From: Cyanobacteria bacterium auto_48_18
GTDB taxonomy: Bacteria; Cyanobacteriota; Vampirovibrionia; Obscuribacterales; Obscuribacteraceae
Assembly: GCA_036170915.1 (NCBI GenBank)
Contig: JAVHQC010000033.1
Coordinates: 1-64,000, forward strand
Length of the DNA: 64,000 bases
Direction: 5' to 3'
The notes under the pieces were generated by a model, which saw only the letters and a list, made by a program, of their open reading frames with translations, did not search any database and was not told the origin of the DNA. Below, in pieces: positions 16,733-26,821 of this stretch (position 1 is the stretch's first letter; each line of letters starts with the position of its first letter). A program made the translations under genes and the position numbers.

Positions 16733-17356
16733 ATGGATAAAGGTAAAATAGTAATTCTCAATGGCGCTAGCAGTGCGGGCAAGACCAGCTTAGCGAAAGC
16801 AATACAGCGACAGTTCACCGATACTTATTTGCTCATGGGAATTGATATGTTCTGGATGACCATGCCAGAAAATCAATTGGATCTGACCACAGTCGATGCC
16901 AGCTTTTATACATGGGTAGAAGAAGTATTCGACGACAAACCCTTTCTGCGTATTGTTCCCGGTCCAATTCTCGATCAAATCATGATTGCCAGATATCATG
17001 CCATTGCTGTTTATCTCAATGCCGGCTTCAACGTTATCGCTGATGACGTAACCTGGTCTAAGCTCTGGCTACTTGAAGGGTTGAAGGCGCTGGCGCCTTT
17101 CGAATCTTATTTTGTTGGTGTTTTCGCTGATGATCGCGTTCTCTCTCATCGTGAGATATTGCGTGGCGACAGGCTAACCGGCTGGGCGCGCGGCTCGCAA
17201 AAATGGGTGCATGAGTATCTTACTTATGACATAACTTTAGATTCATCAGTGATCGGTAGCCAGGAACTAGCACTAAAGGTGGTGGCAGCCGTCGAGGGTG
17301 ATTTTACACCCAAGGCGGCTGCTACAATGCGTCAGCTATTTGAAATTAGCAGTTAG
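16733..17356 (+). CDS. Chloramphenicol phosphotransferase-like P-loop kinase (CPT family)
   Basis: IVILNGASSAGKTS, GIDMF, GFNVIADDV, RE..RGDR..GWA..Q..VH...YDITLDS. Confidence 0.88.
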   Translation: MDKGKIVILNGASSAGKTSLAKAIQRQFTDTYLLMGIDMFWMTMPENQLDLTTVDASFYTWVEEVFDDKPFLRIVPGPILDQIMIARYHAIAVYLNAGFNVIADDVTWSKLWLLEGLKALAPFESYFVGVFADDRVLSHREILRGDRLTGWARGSQKWVHEYLTYDITLDSSVIGSQELALKVVAAVEGDFTPKAAATMRQLFEISS

Positions 17357-17368
17357 CTAATGGCCCAA

Positions 17369-18454
17369 TTATTTCGTCATGTAATTGCGGTGCACCCAGC
17401 CACCCGCAGCTGCGGCATCTTGTGTTTCGAAGAGAACTGTTTTTCTAGTTTCTTGCATCACTAATTTACTTTTGCCACCAGTTGCTTTTGCTTGAATCTT
17501 TGCGGTTTTTGCATCATCAATGCATTCTTGGATAGCAGAAGGTTTCGGAACAACATATTTCTTGCCGACTTCGCTTTCTGTCAGCGCTTCAGTGGCAGAC
17601 GCGCTTATCAATTTGGGCCACATCTTTTTAAAGAGCGCATTGCTGCCGTATACATCAACACTGTTTACCTTGCCGTTAATAGCAAATGCATATCCAACTA
17701 CGTCACTTTTTTTGTCAGTAATACTTTGCAAATCACGAACATATTTCTGCGATGCTTCTTTTACTTTTCCATTTTCAAGCGTTAACTGTAAACTGCTGGG
17801 CGATGGACATGCCGCGCTTTGCGCTTGCGAAACGTGAGCTTTTGCCCGGCCAGCTGCATTGACCTTTTGCACCACATCCCACACTTCTTGCTGATTACCT
17901 GAATATTTCGCCGCCATCTTCAAAGATTTGCTTGCTAGTTGATAGTTAGACCCTTTAAATTTGCTATCGTCTTCGCTGCCGCGTTTGCTCCAGCGATCAT
18001 GTTCAACACAGAATGATTTAATCGGCAGCATGCCTGATTTTGGTGGCACAATCATGTCGTACTGCATTGTGCGATCTTGCCGTCCACCTTTGACGATGTC
18101 ACCAGATTGAATAAAGACTGCAGCCGTGCCAGTATTTTGAATAGCAAGCTCATTGACGTTGCCTGTTTCTTTAACCACAACTTGCTTCTTATCTAAAGCT
18201 TCTTGCAATGTAAGAAAGTTTTGGAACTTTGAAGTGTCTTTGCCATGAATCAGGTAAACAGAAAGATTGCCGCTGGTAAACGGCCCGCTAATTTTGTTTT
18301 GAGGAGTGACCAGGTGAGCAGTTGACGGCCCATGCACTAGATTGGGTAGGTTTTGCGCCAGCGCAGGACTTATGCCAAAGCCGGCGCAGGATAAGCCCAA
18401 GGTGAGCACTAAGAATTTTCGTTTAATTTGTGATCTGCAATTGAGTGGGTTCAT
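17369..18454 (-). CDS. ARPP-1/DUF6569-like protein with signal peptide
   Basis: GNLSVYLI, FLTLQEAL, VNELAIQN, GDIVKGGRQDR, FCVEHDRW, QQEVW; start chosen at ATG 18454 (GGAG SD). Confidence 0.75.
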   Translation of the reverse strand: MNPLNCRSQIKRKFLVLTLGLSCAGFGISPALAQNLPNLVHGPSTAHLVTPQNKISGPFTSGNLSVYLIHGKDTSKFQNFLTLQEALDKKQVVVKETGNVNELAIQNTGTAAVFIQSGDIVKGGRQDRTMQYDMIVPPKSGMLPIKSFCVEHDRWSKRGSEDDSKFKGSNYQLASKSLKMAAKYSGNQQEVWDVVQKVNAAGRAKAHVSQAQSAACPSPSSLQLTLENGKVKEASQKYVRDLQSITDKKSDVVGYAFAINGKVNSVDVYGSNALFKKMWPKLISASATEALTESEVGKKYVVPKPSAIQECIDDAKTAKIQAKATGGKSKLVMQETRKTVLFETQDAAAAGGWVHRNYMTK

Positions 18455-18627
18455 GTTTACTCCAGCTGTTGTTGCCGCACTCACGCAATAGCCGTGGTGC
18501 AGTGTAAGTGGATCTTTTGCCAACTGAAACTCCTCAAACAGCATAGGCGCAATGGTCGAGTTAACGCTCCAGGGTTTTCCCTGATCCGTTATAATTTTTA
18601 TGCTGCAAACTCGAGACTGCTGAACGA

Positions 18628-19212
18628 ATGCAAACTGAAAAACTTCCAAGAGCGCGGGCCGAGAAAGACGAGTATTCTCGCAGTGACGACATGAGGGCAG
18701 TTGACCTGCCGCCCGCTGAGCCCTTTCGCTCGTATGCATTGCAGCTAAAAGATGCTCTGGTAGCGGAAGATCGCAAAGCTGTCCTTGTTGCAAGTCGATT
18801 GATCATTTATGCCTTGAGCGACTTTTATCAGGTCAAACGCCCTAGTGTGAGAATTCTCAGTGTGAGGCCCCAAGAAACAGAAGGCGAATGGATCTTCCAG
18901 ACATTTGGTGATTACAATCCAGAGACTCTTTTGATTCGCCTCTTCATGAAGACTGCTGTGCAAAAGAAAACCTCGTCTTATGGCACGTTCTTGAGCACTC
19001 TGGTGCACGAATTTTGTCACCACCTAGATGTGGTATCACTGGAGCTGCCGAACACTTTTCACACCAGAGGATTTTTCGAGCGTGTGGCAGTGCTTTACCA
19101 TCACATACAAAATACTCCTGTCAAAGAAATTGTATGGCAGAAATTGTCTGATGGCACATATGGTGTCAACTGGGCCAAGACTATGGCACGTTCAAGTACG
19201 GCTTCAAATTAG
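18628..19212 (+). CDS. Zincin-like (SprT-like) metallopeptidase domain protein
   Basis: TLVHEFCHHLD...HTRGF. Confidence 0.75.
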   Translation: MQTEKLPRARAEKDEYSRSDDMRAVDLPPAEPFRSYALQLKDALVAEDRKAVLVASRLIIYALSDFYQVKRPSVRILSVRPQETEGEWIFQTFGDYNPETLLIRLFMKTAVQKKTSSYGTFLSTLVHEFCHHLDVVSLELPNTFHTRGFFERVAVLYHHIQNTPVKEIVWQKLSDGTYGVNWAKTMARSSTASN

Positions 19213-19400
19213 ATAAACTGGCGCCGTCATGACTTCACGCGGCGGAGAAATTTCTAGTTTCATTGAGCCGTTGTCAGCAGAGCCAGCCCTACACCGGTGG
19301 CTGCAGAAGGCGACTAATAATACGTTTGAACCGATGAGCTATAATATGCCGGCTGCTGCATCTTCGAACGCAGCGCGTAGCAACTTAGAAGGAGTGGCTG

Positions 19401-21845
19401 GTGAATTCGGTAGCAAAAAAATCGTTCGTCATGAGAGCATGGTCTGTAGCTTTAGCAGTTATTACTTGTGGCAGCCTGCCACTTAGACCTGCATACGCCG
19501 AGCAAGTAATGGACCGCACAACTTTGCCCATTGCTGAACCAAGTTACGCGCACTCAACCATTCTTGACGCACGGAATGCCACTCCTCCTCCGGCTTTTCA
19601 GGTAAAGGCTCCTGCCGGCGCACCTAATGTTTTGATTGTCTTGATCGATGACATGGGTTTTGGTCAGTCAAGCGCATTTGGCGGACCGGTCAATATGCCA
19701 ACTTTAGATAAGTTGGCCAACAACGGCCTTCGATATAACGATTTTCATACAACGGCACTTTGCTCACCTTCTCGAGCCGCTCTTCTCACAGGCCGCAATC
19801 ATCATATGTGCAACATGGGATCGATTACAGAAACAGCTACCGCATTTCCTGGAAACACTGGCAAGCGTCCAAACTCTGTGGCACCACTGGCGGAGATGCT
19901 GAGATTGAATGGCTATGCCACAGCAGCATTTGGCAAGTCACACGAGACTGCCGTTTGGGAAGTAAGCCCGTCAGGTCCTACAGATCGGTGGCCCACTCGC
20001 GCTGGTTTTGACAAGTTTTATGGCTTTATTGGTGGTGAGGCCAACCAGTGGGCGCCAACAATTTACGATGGTTTAAACCAGGTCGAAACGCCTAAAGATC
20101 CTAATTACCATTTGATTCCTGACATGACCAGTAAAGCTGTCGGTTGGATGAATTATGTAAAGGCATTGACTCCTGAAAAACCATTCTTTATGTATTTTGC
20201 TCCTGGTGGCACCCATGCACCGCACCACGTACCACAAGAGTGGATTGCTAAATACAAAGGCAAATTTGATCAAGGTTGGGATAAACTGCGCGAAGAAACA
20301 CTTGCACGTCAAAAGCAATTGGGAATTGTGCCGCAAGAAACAACTCTTGCGCCTAAACCAGAAGCCATTAAAGACTGGGATAAATTGACTCCAGATGAGC
20401 AGAAACTTTTCGCTCACCAGATGGAAGTGTTTGCTGCATACGGCGAGTTTACTGATCATAATGTCGGCAAGTTGGTCGATGCAATTGAAAAAGATGGACA
20501 ACTAGATAACACTTTGATCTTTTACGTGGTTGGCGACAATGGAGCTAGTGCTGAAGGTGGCTTCAACGGACTCTTTAACGAGATGAGCTATTTCAATGGC
20601 CAACCAGAATCTGTGGCCGACATTCTCAAGCATTACAATGAATTAGGCGGGCCAAATTCTTACGGTCACTATGCTGCCGGCTGGGCCGTGGCTGGTGACA
20701 CTCCATATACATGGACAAAGCAAGTTGCTTCTGATTATGGTGGCACCAAGAATGGTATCGCTATACATTGGCCGAAAGGCATCAAGGCAAAAGGCGATTT
20801 GCGCACTCAATTCCATCATATTATTGATATCGCCCCTACCATTCTTGAAGCAGCTGGCCTACCTGAGCCAAAAGTGGTGAATAGCGCTGCGCAAACTCCC
20901 ATTGAAGGAGCAAGCATGCTTTACACATTCAACGATGCAAAAGCAAAGAGCCACCACACCACTCAGTACTTTGAAATTTTTGCTAATCGGTCGATCTATC
21001 ACGATGGTTGGTTAGCAGGAACTGTGCATAAAGCCCCATGGGAAGCTAAACCAAGAAACACGCTAGCTGAAGATAAGTGGGAGCTTTATGACACCACAAA
21101 AGACTTTAGTTTGAAGAACAATCTTGCAGCAACCATGCCCGATAAACTCAAGGAAATGAAAGCGCTATTTATGACCGAGGCCGTCAAATATAATGTGTTG
21201 CCGCTTGATGATCGAATGCTAGAGAGGCTTAACGCTGAGTTGGTAGGGCGTCCTGATCTCATGGCCGGAAAGACATCACTAGCTCTCTATGAAGGCATGA
21301 CCGGTTTGTCGGAGAATGTTTTCCTGAATTTAAAAAATCGGTCTTTCTCCATTACAGCTGAAACGAAAATTCCTGATGGTGGCGCTGATGGTGCCTTAAT
21401 AGCACAGGCCGGACGCTTCGGTGGATGGAGCCTTTATTTGAAAGACGGCAAGCCGACATATACGTATAATTGGCTCGGTCAGCAGCGATACACCATATCT
21501 GCCACCAAACCGGTAGCTCCTGGTGCAGCTACGATTCGTTTTGATTTTGCCTACGATGGTGGGGGCGCCTCTAAAGGCGGCACCGGCACAATAACAGTTA
21601 ATGGCCAGCAAGTCGCGCAAGGCCGAATTGATAAGACCGAGGGGTATTTCTTCTCTGCCGATGAAGGTACAGACGTAGGATGCGACCTCGGCACACCAGT
21701 TATCGAAGACTGCCCTGTGCCGTTCAAATTTACGGGAAAGATTGCCAAGGTTACTGTTGATTTGAAGCCGCCGGCTGTAGCAGACAAAATTGAAAGTGAT
21801 AAGGCGCACCGCGAGGGTGCATTGAAAAAAGCTCTGTCAGACTAA
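19401..21845 (+). CDS. Exported Cys-type arylsulfatase with C-terminal LamG-like domain
   Basis: PNVLIVLIDDMGFG, ALCSPSRAALLTGRN, GKSH, HAPH, GDNG. Confidence 0.93.
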   Translation: MNSVAKKSFVMRAWSVALAVITCGSLPLRPAYAEQVMDRTTLPIAEPSYAHSTILDARNATPPPAFQVKAPAGAPNVLIVLIDDMGFGQSSAFGGPVNMPTLDKLANNGLRYNDFHTTALCSPSRAALLTGRNHHMCNMGSITETATAFPGNTGKRPNSVAPLAEMLRLNGYATAAFGKSHETAVWEVSPSGPTDRWPTRAGFDKFYGFIGGEANQWAPTIYDGLNQVETPKDPNYHLIPDMTSKAVGWMNYVKALTPEKPFFMYFAPGGTHAPHHVPQEWIAKYKGKFDQGWDKLREETLARQKQLGIVPQETTLAPKPEAIKDWDKLTPDEQKLFAHQMEVFAAYGEFTDHNVGKLVDAIEKDGQLDNTLIFYVVGDNGASAEGGFNGLFNEMSYFNGQPESVADILKHYNELGGPNSYGHYAAGWAVAGDTPYTWTKQVASDYGGTKNGIAIHWPKGIKAKGDLRTQFHHIIDIAPTILEAAGLPEPKVVNSAAQTPIEGASMLYTFNDAKAKSHHTTQYFEIFANRSIYHDGWLAGTVHKAPWEAKPRNTLAEDKWELYDTTKDFSLKNNLAATMPDKLKEMKALFMTEAVKYNVLPLDDRMLERLNAELVGRPDLMAGKTSLALYEGMTGLSENVFLNLKNRSFSITAETKIPDGGADGALIAQAGRFGGWSLYLKDGKPTYTYNWLGQQRYTISATKPVAPGAATIRFDFAYDGGGASKGGTGTITVNGQQVAQGRIDKTEGYFFSADEGTDVGCDLGTPVIEDCPVPFKFTGKIAKVTVDLKPPAVADKIESDKAHREGALKKALSD

Positions 21846-21983
21846 CCTGATAGTTGCTTAGCCCATATTAGTAGAACGCTGCACTAGATATAGTGCGGTT
21901 AGCTTCACTTAAGCTTATAATTGATTTGCTCCCATCAAAAGGCGCTGCGGAATTACCTGTCTACAGGTGCTCTTGAGGGAAAT

Positions 21984-24464
21984 ATGGTCGACGAGCATGA
22001 ATTGTCATCCAGGTTAAGTTTCGCGCGTAGGCATCGACTGTTAATTGATGCATCGTTGAATGCAATTGTTGTTTTCGATGACCGCAGTCAAATATTGCTC
22101 GTCAATTCGGCCGCCGAATCTTTGTTTGGCTATGCTCAGGGCGAATTAAGTGACCAATTATTTGAAGCGATTATTCCACATGCCTTGACCATCATTGAGC
22201 AGACTGAACTTTTTAAAAATTTCAATGATGCCATTCCTGTCGTCAGGTACGAATTGTCTGGTTTGAGAAAAGACCAAACTAAGATTACTCTCGATGTTGG
22301 TTTCACTTGCACGGTGCTTGACGGACTCACTGTGGCGATTGCGTCAGTAAATAATATTGGCAATTCAGAGTCAGAATTATCTCTGATGTCGCACGCGGCA
22401 AAACTAGAAATAACGCAACTTACTGAACAACTCGAGAGCAAGCGCATAGAGCTTGAAAAGTCGCAACATAAAGCAGAAGATTCTAAGCGTGCTTTGGCCC
22501 AGACGGTGCTTGAGTTTAAGGCCTTAGCTGAAACGGTGCCGGCCATAGTTTGGACCACAAACTCTGAAGGGCAAGTTGACTACATAAATGCTAATTGGGA
22601 AAAATATACAGGACATCCTGTGGACAGCGCAAATGACATGGGTTGGGCGTCTGCTGTGTTACCCGAAGATCAAGAGCGGGCCCTCAGGCACTGGGTTGAT
22701 TGCTGCAAGAATGTTCGGCCATACAAACAAGAGTTTCAACTAATTGCTAAAGACGGGACTTATCGTTGGTATCTCAGTCAGGGAGCCCCGCTTCTTGATC
22801 ATCACGGCAAGGTGCTTAAGTGGTTCGGCATTTGCAGTGATATTGACGATCAAAAAAGACTTCTTAGTGAACTGGCGGAAGCACTGGAGAAAGCAAACGA
22901 AGCCACAAGGCTAAAATCTGTTTTTCTAGCAAATATGAGTCATGAAATTCGTACGCCAATGAATGGAATTATCGGCTTAAGCCATGTTTTGCTGAAAACC
23001 AATTTGGATAGTACTCAGCGTATGTACGTGGAGAATTTGCGTCAGGGATCTAAGACTTTGCTTGCGGTGCTGAACGATATTCTAGACTTAAGCAAGATGG
23101 AAGCTGGTCATGTAAAACTTGAGATGAACGACTTTAGCCTGGTGCAGGTGGTAGAAAGCATTTGCGATTTGTTTACGGCCACTGCTCGTCCGAAGGGCCT
23201 TTCTCTTATGGCCAACATCGATCAGCAGATTCCGTCAACACTGCGTGGTGATTCAGCACGACTAAGGCAAATTCTGACTAATCTCACTAGTAACGCAATC
23301 AAGTTTTCAGATCGAGGTGAAGTTGTCATTCGGGCCGACGTTGAGTCGATTATTTCAAACATTTATAATTTACGTTTCTCTGTCTCAGATCAGGGTATTG
23401 GTCTGAGTCAGGAGGAGCAAGCAAAGCTTTTTCAACCTTTTGCTCAGGCAGATGATTCTATCAGTAGAAAGTACGGCGGAACTGGTCTAGGTCTCAGTAT
23501 TTGCAAGCGGCTGGTTGAGCTGATGGGTGGCACTATTTCTGTGGAGAGTGTACCTGAAAAAGGGTCTAATTTCTCGTTTACTGTTGCTTTAAAGAAAAGC
23601 GATGAAAGTCCTATCGCTTTGGGCGGTCAAAAGTTGCACCATGTGCGTGCCTTGCTTGTGCATCAGGATTCGCAAGAGAGACAGATTATTCTCGGCTATA
23701 TGGAAAATTGGGGATTGCGCACTGCCGTGACTAATTCACTCGCAGAAGCCCTAATAAGTCTGCGTCAAGCCTCCGCAGCTGGTGCGCCTTTTGACATTGC
23801 CATCATAGACGTTGAAATGGCGCAGGCTGCTGGAGTGGAGCTGGTGGAGGCGACGAGGAATTGCCGCACCATATCTGATACCAAGTTGATTTTGTTGGTA
23901 GATTGTGAGACGCCTGCTTTCTTGTCGTCTGCACTCGATTTTAGTTGCATTGCGCTTTTAACCAAGCCAGTCAGACAGTCCGCTATGCTTGAATCAATAC
24001 TTCGTATCATGCAAGCTAGCCAAACCTCAACAAGCAAGTCAGTGCAAGAACTTACCTCTTCTCCATCCGATAACTCAGCAAAACGGAAAGCTTTGATTCT
24101 AGTGGCTGAAGATCATCCGCTTAATCAGAAAGTTGCTCAACTATATTTGGATGAACTGGGTTTTCCTGCTCACATCGTAAGCAATGGTGGAGAGGCAATC
24201 GAAGCGGTTGCTAACACTGAATATTCGCTCGTGCTTATGGACTGCCAAATGCCTGAGATTGACGGCTTCTCAGCTACGAGAGCAATTAGAGAGGCTGAGA
24301 AATTATCTAACAAGCACATTCCTATTATTGCCATGACCGCGCACTCTATGAGCGGCGATCGGGAACGCTGCCTTGAGGTGGGAATGGATGACTATATCGC
24401 CAAGCCAGTAGAGCCTGAGCATTTGCGTAAGTTGCTTGAAAAATGGTTGCCTGTTACTCAATAG
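21984..24464 (+). CDS. Cytoplasmic hybrid histidine kinase (2 PAS, HisKA, HATPase, 2 receivers)
   Basis: FLANMSHEIRTPMNG, NLTSNAIKF, GGTGLGL, LMDCQMP; start chosen at ATG 21984. Confidence 0.93.
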   Translation: MVDEHELSSRLSFARRHRLLIDASLNAIVVFDDRSQILLVNSAAESLFGYAQGELSDQLFEAIIPHALTIIEQTELFKNFNDAIPVVRYELSGLRKDQTKITLDVGFTCTVLDGLTVAIASVNNIGNSESELSLMSHAAKLEITQLTEQLESKRIELEKSQHKAEDSKRALAQTVLEFKALAETVPAIVWTTNSEGQVDYINANWEKYTGHPVDSANDMGWASAVLPEDQERALRHWVDCCKNVRPYKQEFQLIAKDGTYRWYLSQGAPLLDHHGKVLKWFGICSDIDDQKRLLSELAEALEKANEATRLKSVFLANMSHEIRTPMNGIIGLSHVLLKTNLDSTQRMYVENLRQGSKTLLAVLNDILDLSKMEAGHVKLEMNDFSLVQVVESICDLFTATARPKGLSLMANIDQQIPSTLRGDSARLRQILTNLTSNAIKFSDRGEVVIRADVESIISNIYNLRFSVSDQGIGLSQEEQAKLFQPFAQADDSISRKYGGTGLGLSICKRLVELMGGTISVESVPEKGSNFSFTVALKKSDESPIALGGQKLHHVRALLVHQDSQERQIILGYMENWGLRTAVTNSLAEALISLRQASAAGAPFDIAIIDVEMAQAAGVELVEATRNCRTISDTKLILLVDCETPAFLSSALDFSCIALLTKPVRQSAMLESILRIMQASQTSTSKSVQELTSSPSDNSAKRKALILVAEDHPLNQKVAQLYLDELGFPAHIVSNGGEAIEAVANTEYSLVLMDCQMPEIDGFSATRAIREAEKLSNKHIPIIAMTAHSMSGDRERCLEVGMDDYIAKPVEPEHLRKLLEKWLPVTQ

Positions 24465-24549
24465 TCATGAAGTTAGCCTACCCTTATGTGGTATAGCGAG
24501 TGGTGGCACGTGTGCTGTTGCGTTCTCAGCGCTTTTGTTGCAAGGTAAG

Positions 24550-24580
24550 AAAAATGCCACCCCTATAATCAGGAGTGGCA
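24550..24580 (-). terminator. Intrinsic terminator after tRNA-Arg
   Basis: Minus strand TGCCACTCCT-GATTAT-AGGGGTGGCA-TTTTT. Confidence 0.65.
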
Positions 24581-24609
24581 AATTGCTTTGAGCCCGGCGG
24601 CTCTAAAAT

Positions 24610-24683
24610 CGCGGCTGGAGAGATTCGAACTCCCGACCTCATGGTTCGTAGCCATGCGCTCTATCCAGCTGGGCTACAGCCGC
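24610..24683 (-). tRNA. trnR: tRNA-Arg(ACG), canonical, no CCA encoded
   Basis: GCGGCTG/CAGCCGC, CATGG-CTACGAA-CCATG, GGGAG-TTCGAAT-CTCTC. Confidence 0.95.
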
Positions 24684-24756
24684 AACTTGAAGAATATTAC
24701 CATACGATTTTGGCGAGACCGTACACTTTGTGGAATTGCGTAAATGGTTGGTAACG

Positions 24757-25392
24757 CTATTGCTGCCCGCGCCGCCTGCGTGACCAGTGCAGCACGCTGC
24801 CCTTGACGTTACCCGAGCTTGACATGGACGACCCGGCTGCTCCGCCTGGCACGGTAGCGCCGTAGGGTAGGGCGGCTGAAGGGTTGTAACCTTTATAGCT
24901 GTTGTAAGCGTGAATACCATCAGGCTCAGCGGGTCTAGGCACAGCAACTGGTTTAGCGGACACCTTCTTGCCCTTGCTCAAGCTGCCTGCCTTAGCGCTT
25001 GAAGACTTGGGAAGGGCCGCCGGAGCCGGCTGTACCGGTACGCCATTGTTTACTTTAGGCAAAGGAGCGGTAATCGTTGGCAAAGAGGTCGAATATGACG
25101 TGAAACCGGCCTTTTGCAAAGGTGCCTGGCCACCGGGCAAGTTAGAATTGCCGACCGCGCCCGCTGCAGCGCCGCCTGCGCCACCGCTATATTTAACGAT
25201 GGGTGAGTCGTCAATCACTTGATACTGCCTGCGGGCCATGTAAAAACTGGCGCCATCGCCTAGGTCTTTATGGCGTCCCGATTGGCTGGTGCTGCTAAAA
25301 CCACCTTGGGCGAAGGCCGCCTGCCATGTGAAGCTTGTTGCTAGAGCAGCGAGCAGGGCCAGTTTAGTTGGATCTAGAGATTTTATGGACAT
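24757..25392 (-). CDS. Exported Gly/Ala/Pro-rich hypothetical protein
   Basis: Signal peptide ending AFA; low-complexity body. Confidence 0.7.
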   Translation of the reverse strand: MSIKSLDPTKLALLAALATSFTWQAAFAQGGFSSTSQSGRHKDLGDGASFYMARRQYQVIDDSPIVKYSGGAGGAAAGAVGNSNLPGGQAPLQKAGFTSYSTSLPTITAPLPKVNNGVPVQPAPAALPKSSSAKAGSLSKGKKVSAKPVAVPRPAEPDGIHAYNSYKGYNPSAALPYGATVPGGAAGSSMSSSGNVKGSVLHWSRRRRGQQ

Positions 25393-25671
25393 GCTTTGCC
25401 TTCGTCATGGTCAGGCGCTGACGCGAGTGATAATTTTGCAGCGCAATATCATTAAACAGTTAAATGCTTTTAAATGCCAATGTCAAGCATACACCCGTTC
25501 TATGGTAATACGGCGATAGTCGCCGTTGCTGTCAAGCAGAGGTTACTGCGATTCGGGCACTTCGCCTGATCGAGCTTCGATTTCTGCTAGTCTCATCGTT
25601 TCGCATTAGTGGCGCAATGTTCGCGCGATAGATTGGCCCCGCAAAAGATTGATCCCGCAGGGAGAGTAAGC

Positions 25672-26475
25672 ATGGAAATATTGGGTTTGTTGTTCACCAT
25701 ACTGGTGATTTTCGCATTTGTGCTTTTTCTGCTTTTGCGCTACTGCTTGCGCGTTTGTAATGAATGGGAGCGAAAAGTTGTTTTGCGCCTTGGGCGTTTT
25801 GCCGGCATTCGTGGTCCAGGCTTGTTTTTCCTCATGCCATTTTTCGAGACCACTCCTTTTACTGTAGATTTGCGCACAGTCACAAGCAACATTACCGCCG
25901 AACAAACGCTTACTCGCGACAATGTGCCAGTCAATGTCGACACTGTTATCTACTGGACTGTCGTAAATCCGCAGCTTGCCATTTTGAAAGTCACTGACTA
26001 TCAACTGGCAGTGCTTGGTGCAGCTCAAACAGCATTGCGCGACATCATTGGACGCAGTGATCTCGCTCACGTTCTGTCTGATCGCGCCGCGCTGGATAGC
26101 AGTATGACAGCCGTTTTAGATGCCCAGACTGAACCCTGGGGCGTGAAGGTTTCGTCAGTGCAAATGCGCGATATTAAAATTCCTGATGCTCTACAAGACG
26201 CCATGAGTAGAGTCGCTCAAGCCGCCAGAGAAAGTCAGGCTCGCATACTTCTCGGTGATTCTGAAATGGCCATCGCACAACGTTTTGCTGATGCTGGTCG
26301 CGTGTACGAAAAGAACCCCATGGCGGTTCATTTGCGCGGCATGAACATGCTTTATGAAGTGATGAAAAATGGTGGCACTTCTACTGTCATAGTGCCATCG
26401 TCTGCGGTGGAAAGTATGAGCTTCGGCAGCATGGCCGGCGTGACAGCACTGGCTAAAACTGAGCAGTTTGAGTAG
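25672..26475 (+). CDS. SPFH/band 7 (stomatin-like) protein
   Basis: N-terminal TM, ERKVVLRLG, LTRDNVPVNVD, AQTALRDIIG, WGVKV; start chosen at ATG 25672 (GGAG SD). Confidence 0.93.
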   Translation: MEILGLLFTILVIFAFVLFLLLRYCLRVCNEWERKVVLRLGRFAGIRGPGLFFLMPFFETTPFTVDLRTVTSNITAEQTLTRDNVPVNVDTVIYWTVVNPQLAILKVTDYQLAVLGAAQTALRDIIGRSDLAHVLSDRAALDSSMTAVLDAQTEPWGVKVSSVQMRDIKIPDALQDAMSRVAQAARESQARILLGDSEMAIAQRFADAGRVYEKNPMAVHLRGMNMLYEVMKNGGTSTVIVPSSAVESMSFGSMAGVTALAKTEQFE

Positions 26476-26547
26476 AGCGTGCACGTTTCAGTTTTGAAAT
26501 CGATCACGTTCTCTCTTTGTAAAACTGAAGCGTGCACGTTTCAGTTT
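26476..26547. repeat. REP-like direct/inverted repeat element
   Basis: 19-bp AGCGTGCACGTTTCAGTTT at 26476 and 26529; second copy lies in the near-palindrome AAACTGAAGCGTGCACGTTTCAGTTT. Confidence 0.7.
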
Positions 26548-26821
26548 GCGAACTATGAAAGGCACCCTGTTAAGTTTTGGGCTGATGTTTGTCGGTGCGA
26601 TCTATGAGCATCGTTTCACCTTTTGGCAGCTTTAAGCAATGAGGTTAGTCGGTATAGGTACCCAGCAGAATGGCCATTCTTCGCATGGTGACAAGACTGT
26701 TCACAACGCTTCTCAAAAAGCCGCAAATGGCGGCTGGCTGCCAAGAACGTGGTAAACTTACCGCTGTTCGTTAGGAATAATTTTCTCTCGTTGGGCGAAT
26801 TTTTTCGTAAAGGTGGTAGTT

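Noticed and set aside
18455..18793. N-terminal 113 aa of the 474-aa track ORF
   Set aside because: It overlaps the opposite-strand zincin gene; the SD and signal peptide indicate a start at 18454.
24610..24683. tRNA-Arg as an island integration site
   Set aside because: No integrase and no duplicated tRNA 3' end noticed in the window.
26476..26547. Mini CRISPR (two 19-bp repeats, 34-bp spacer)
   Set aside because: Only two short repeats, the spacer end is part of the palindrome, and there are no cas genes in the window.
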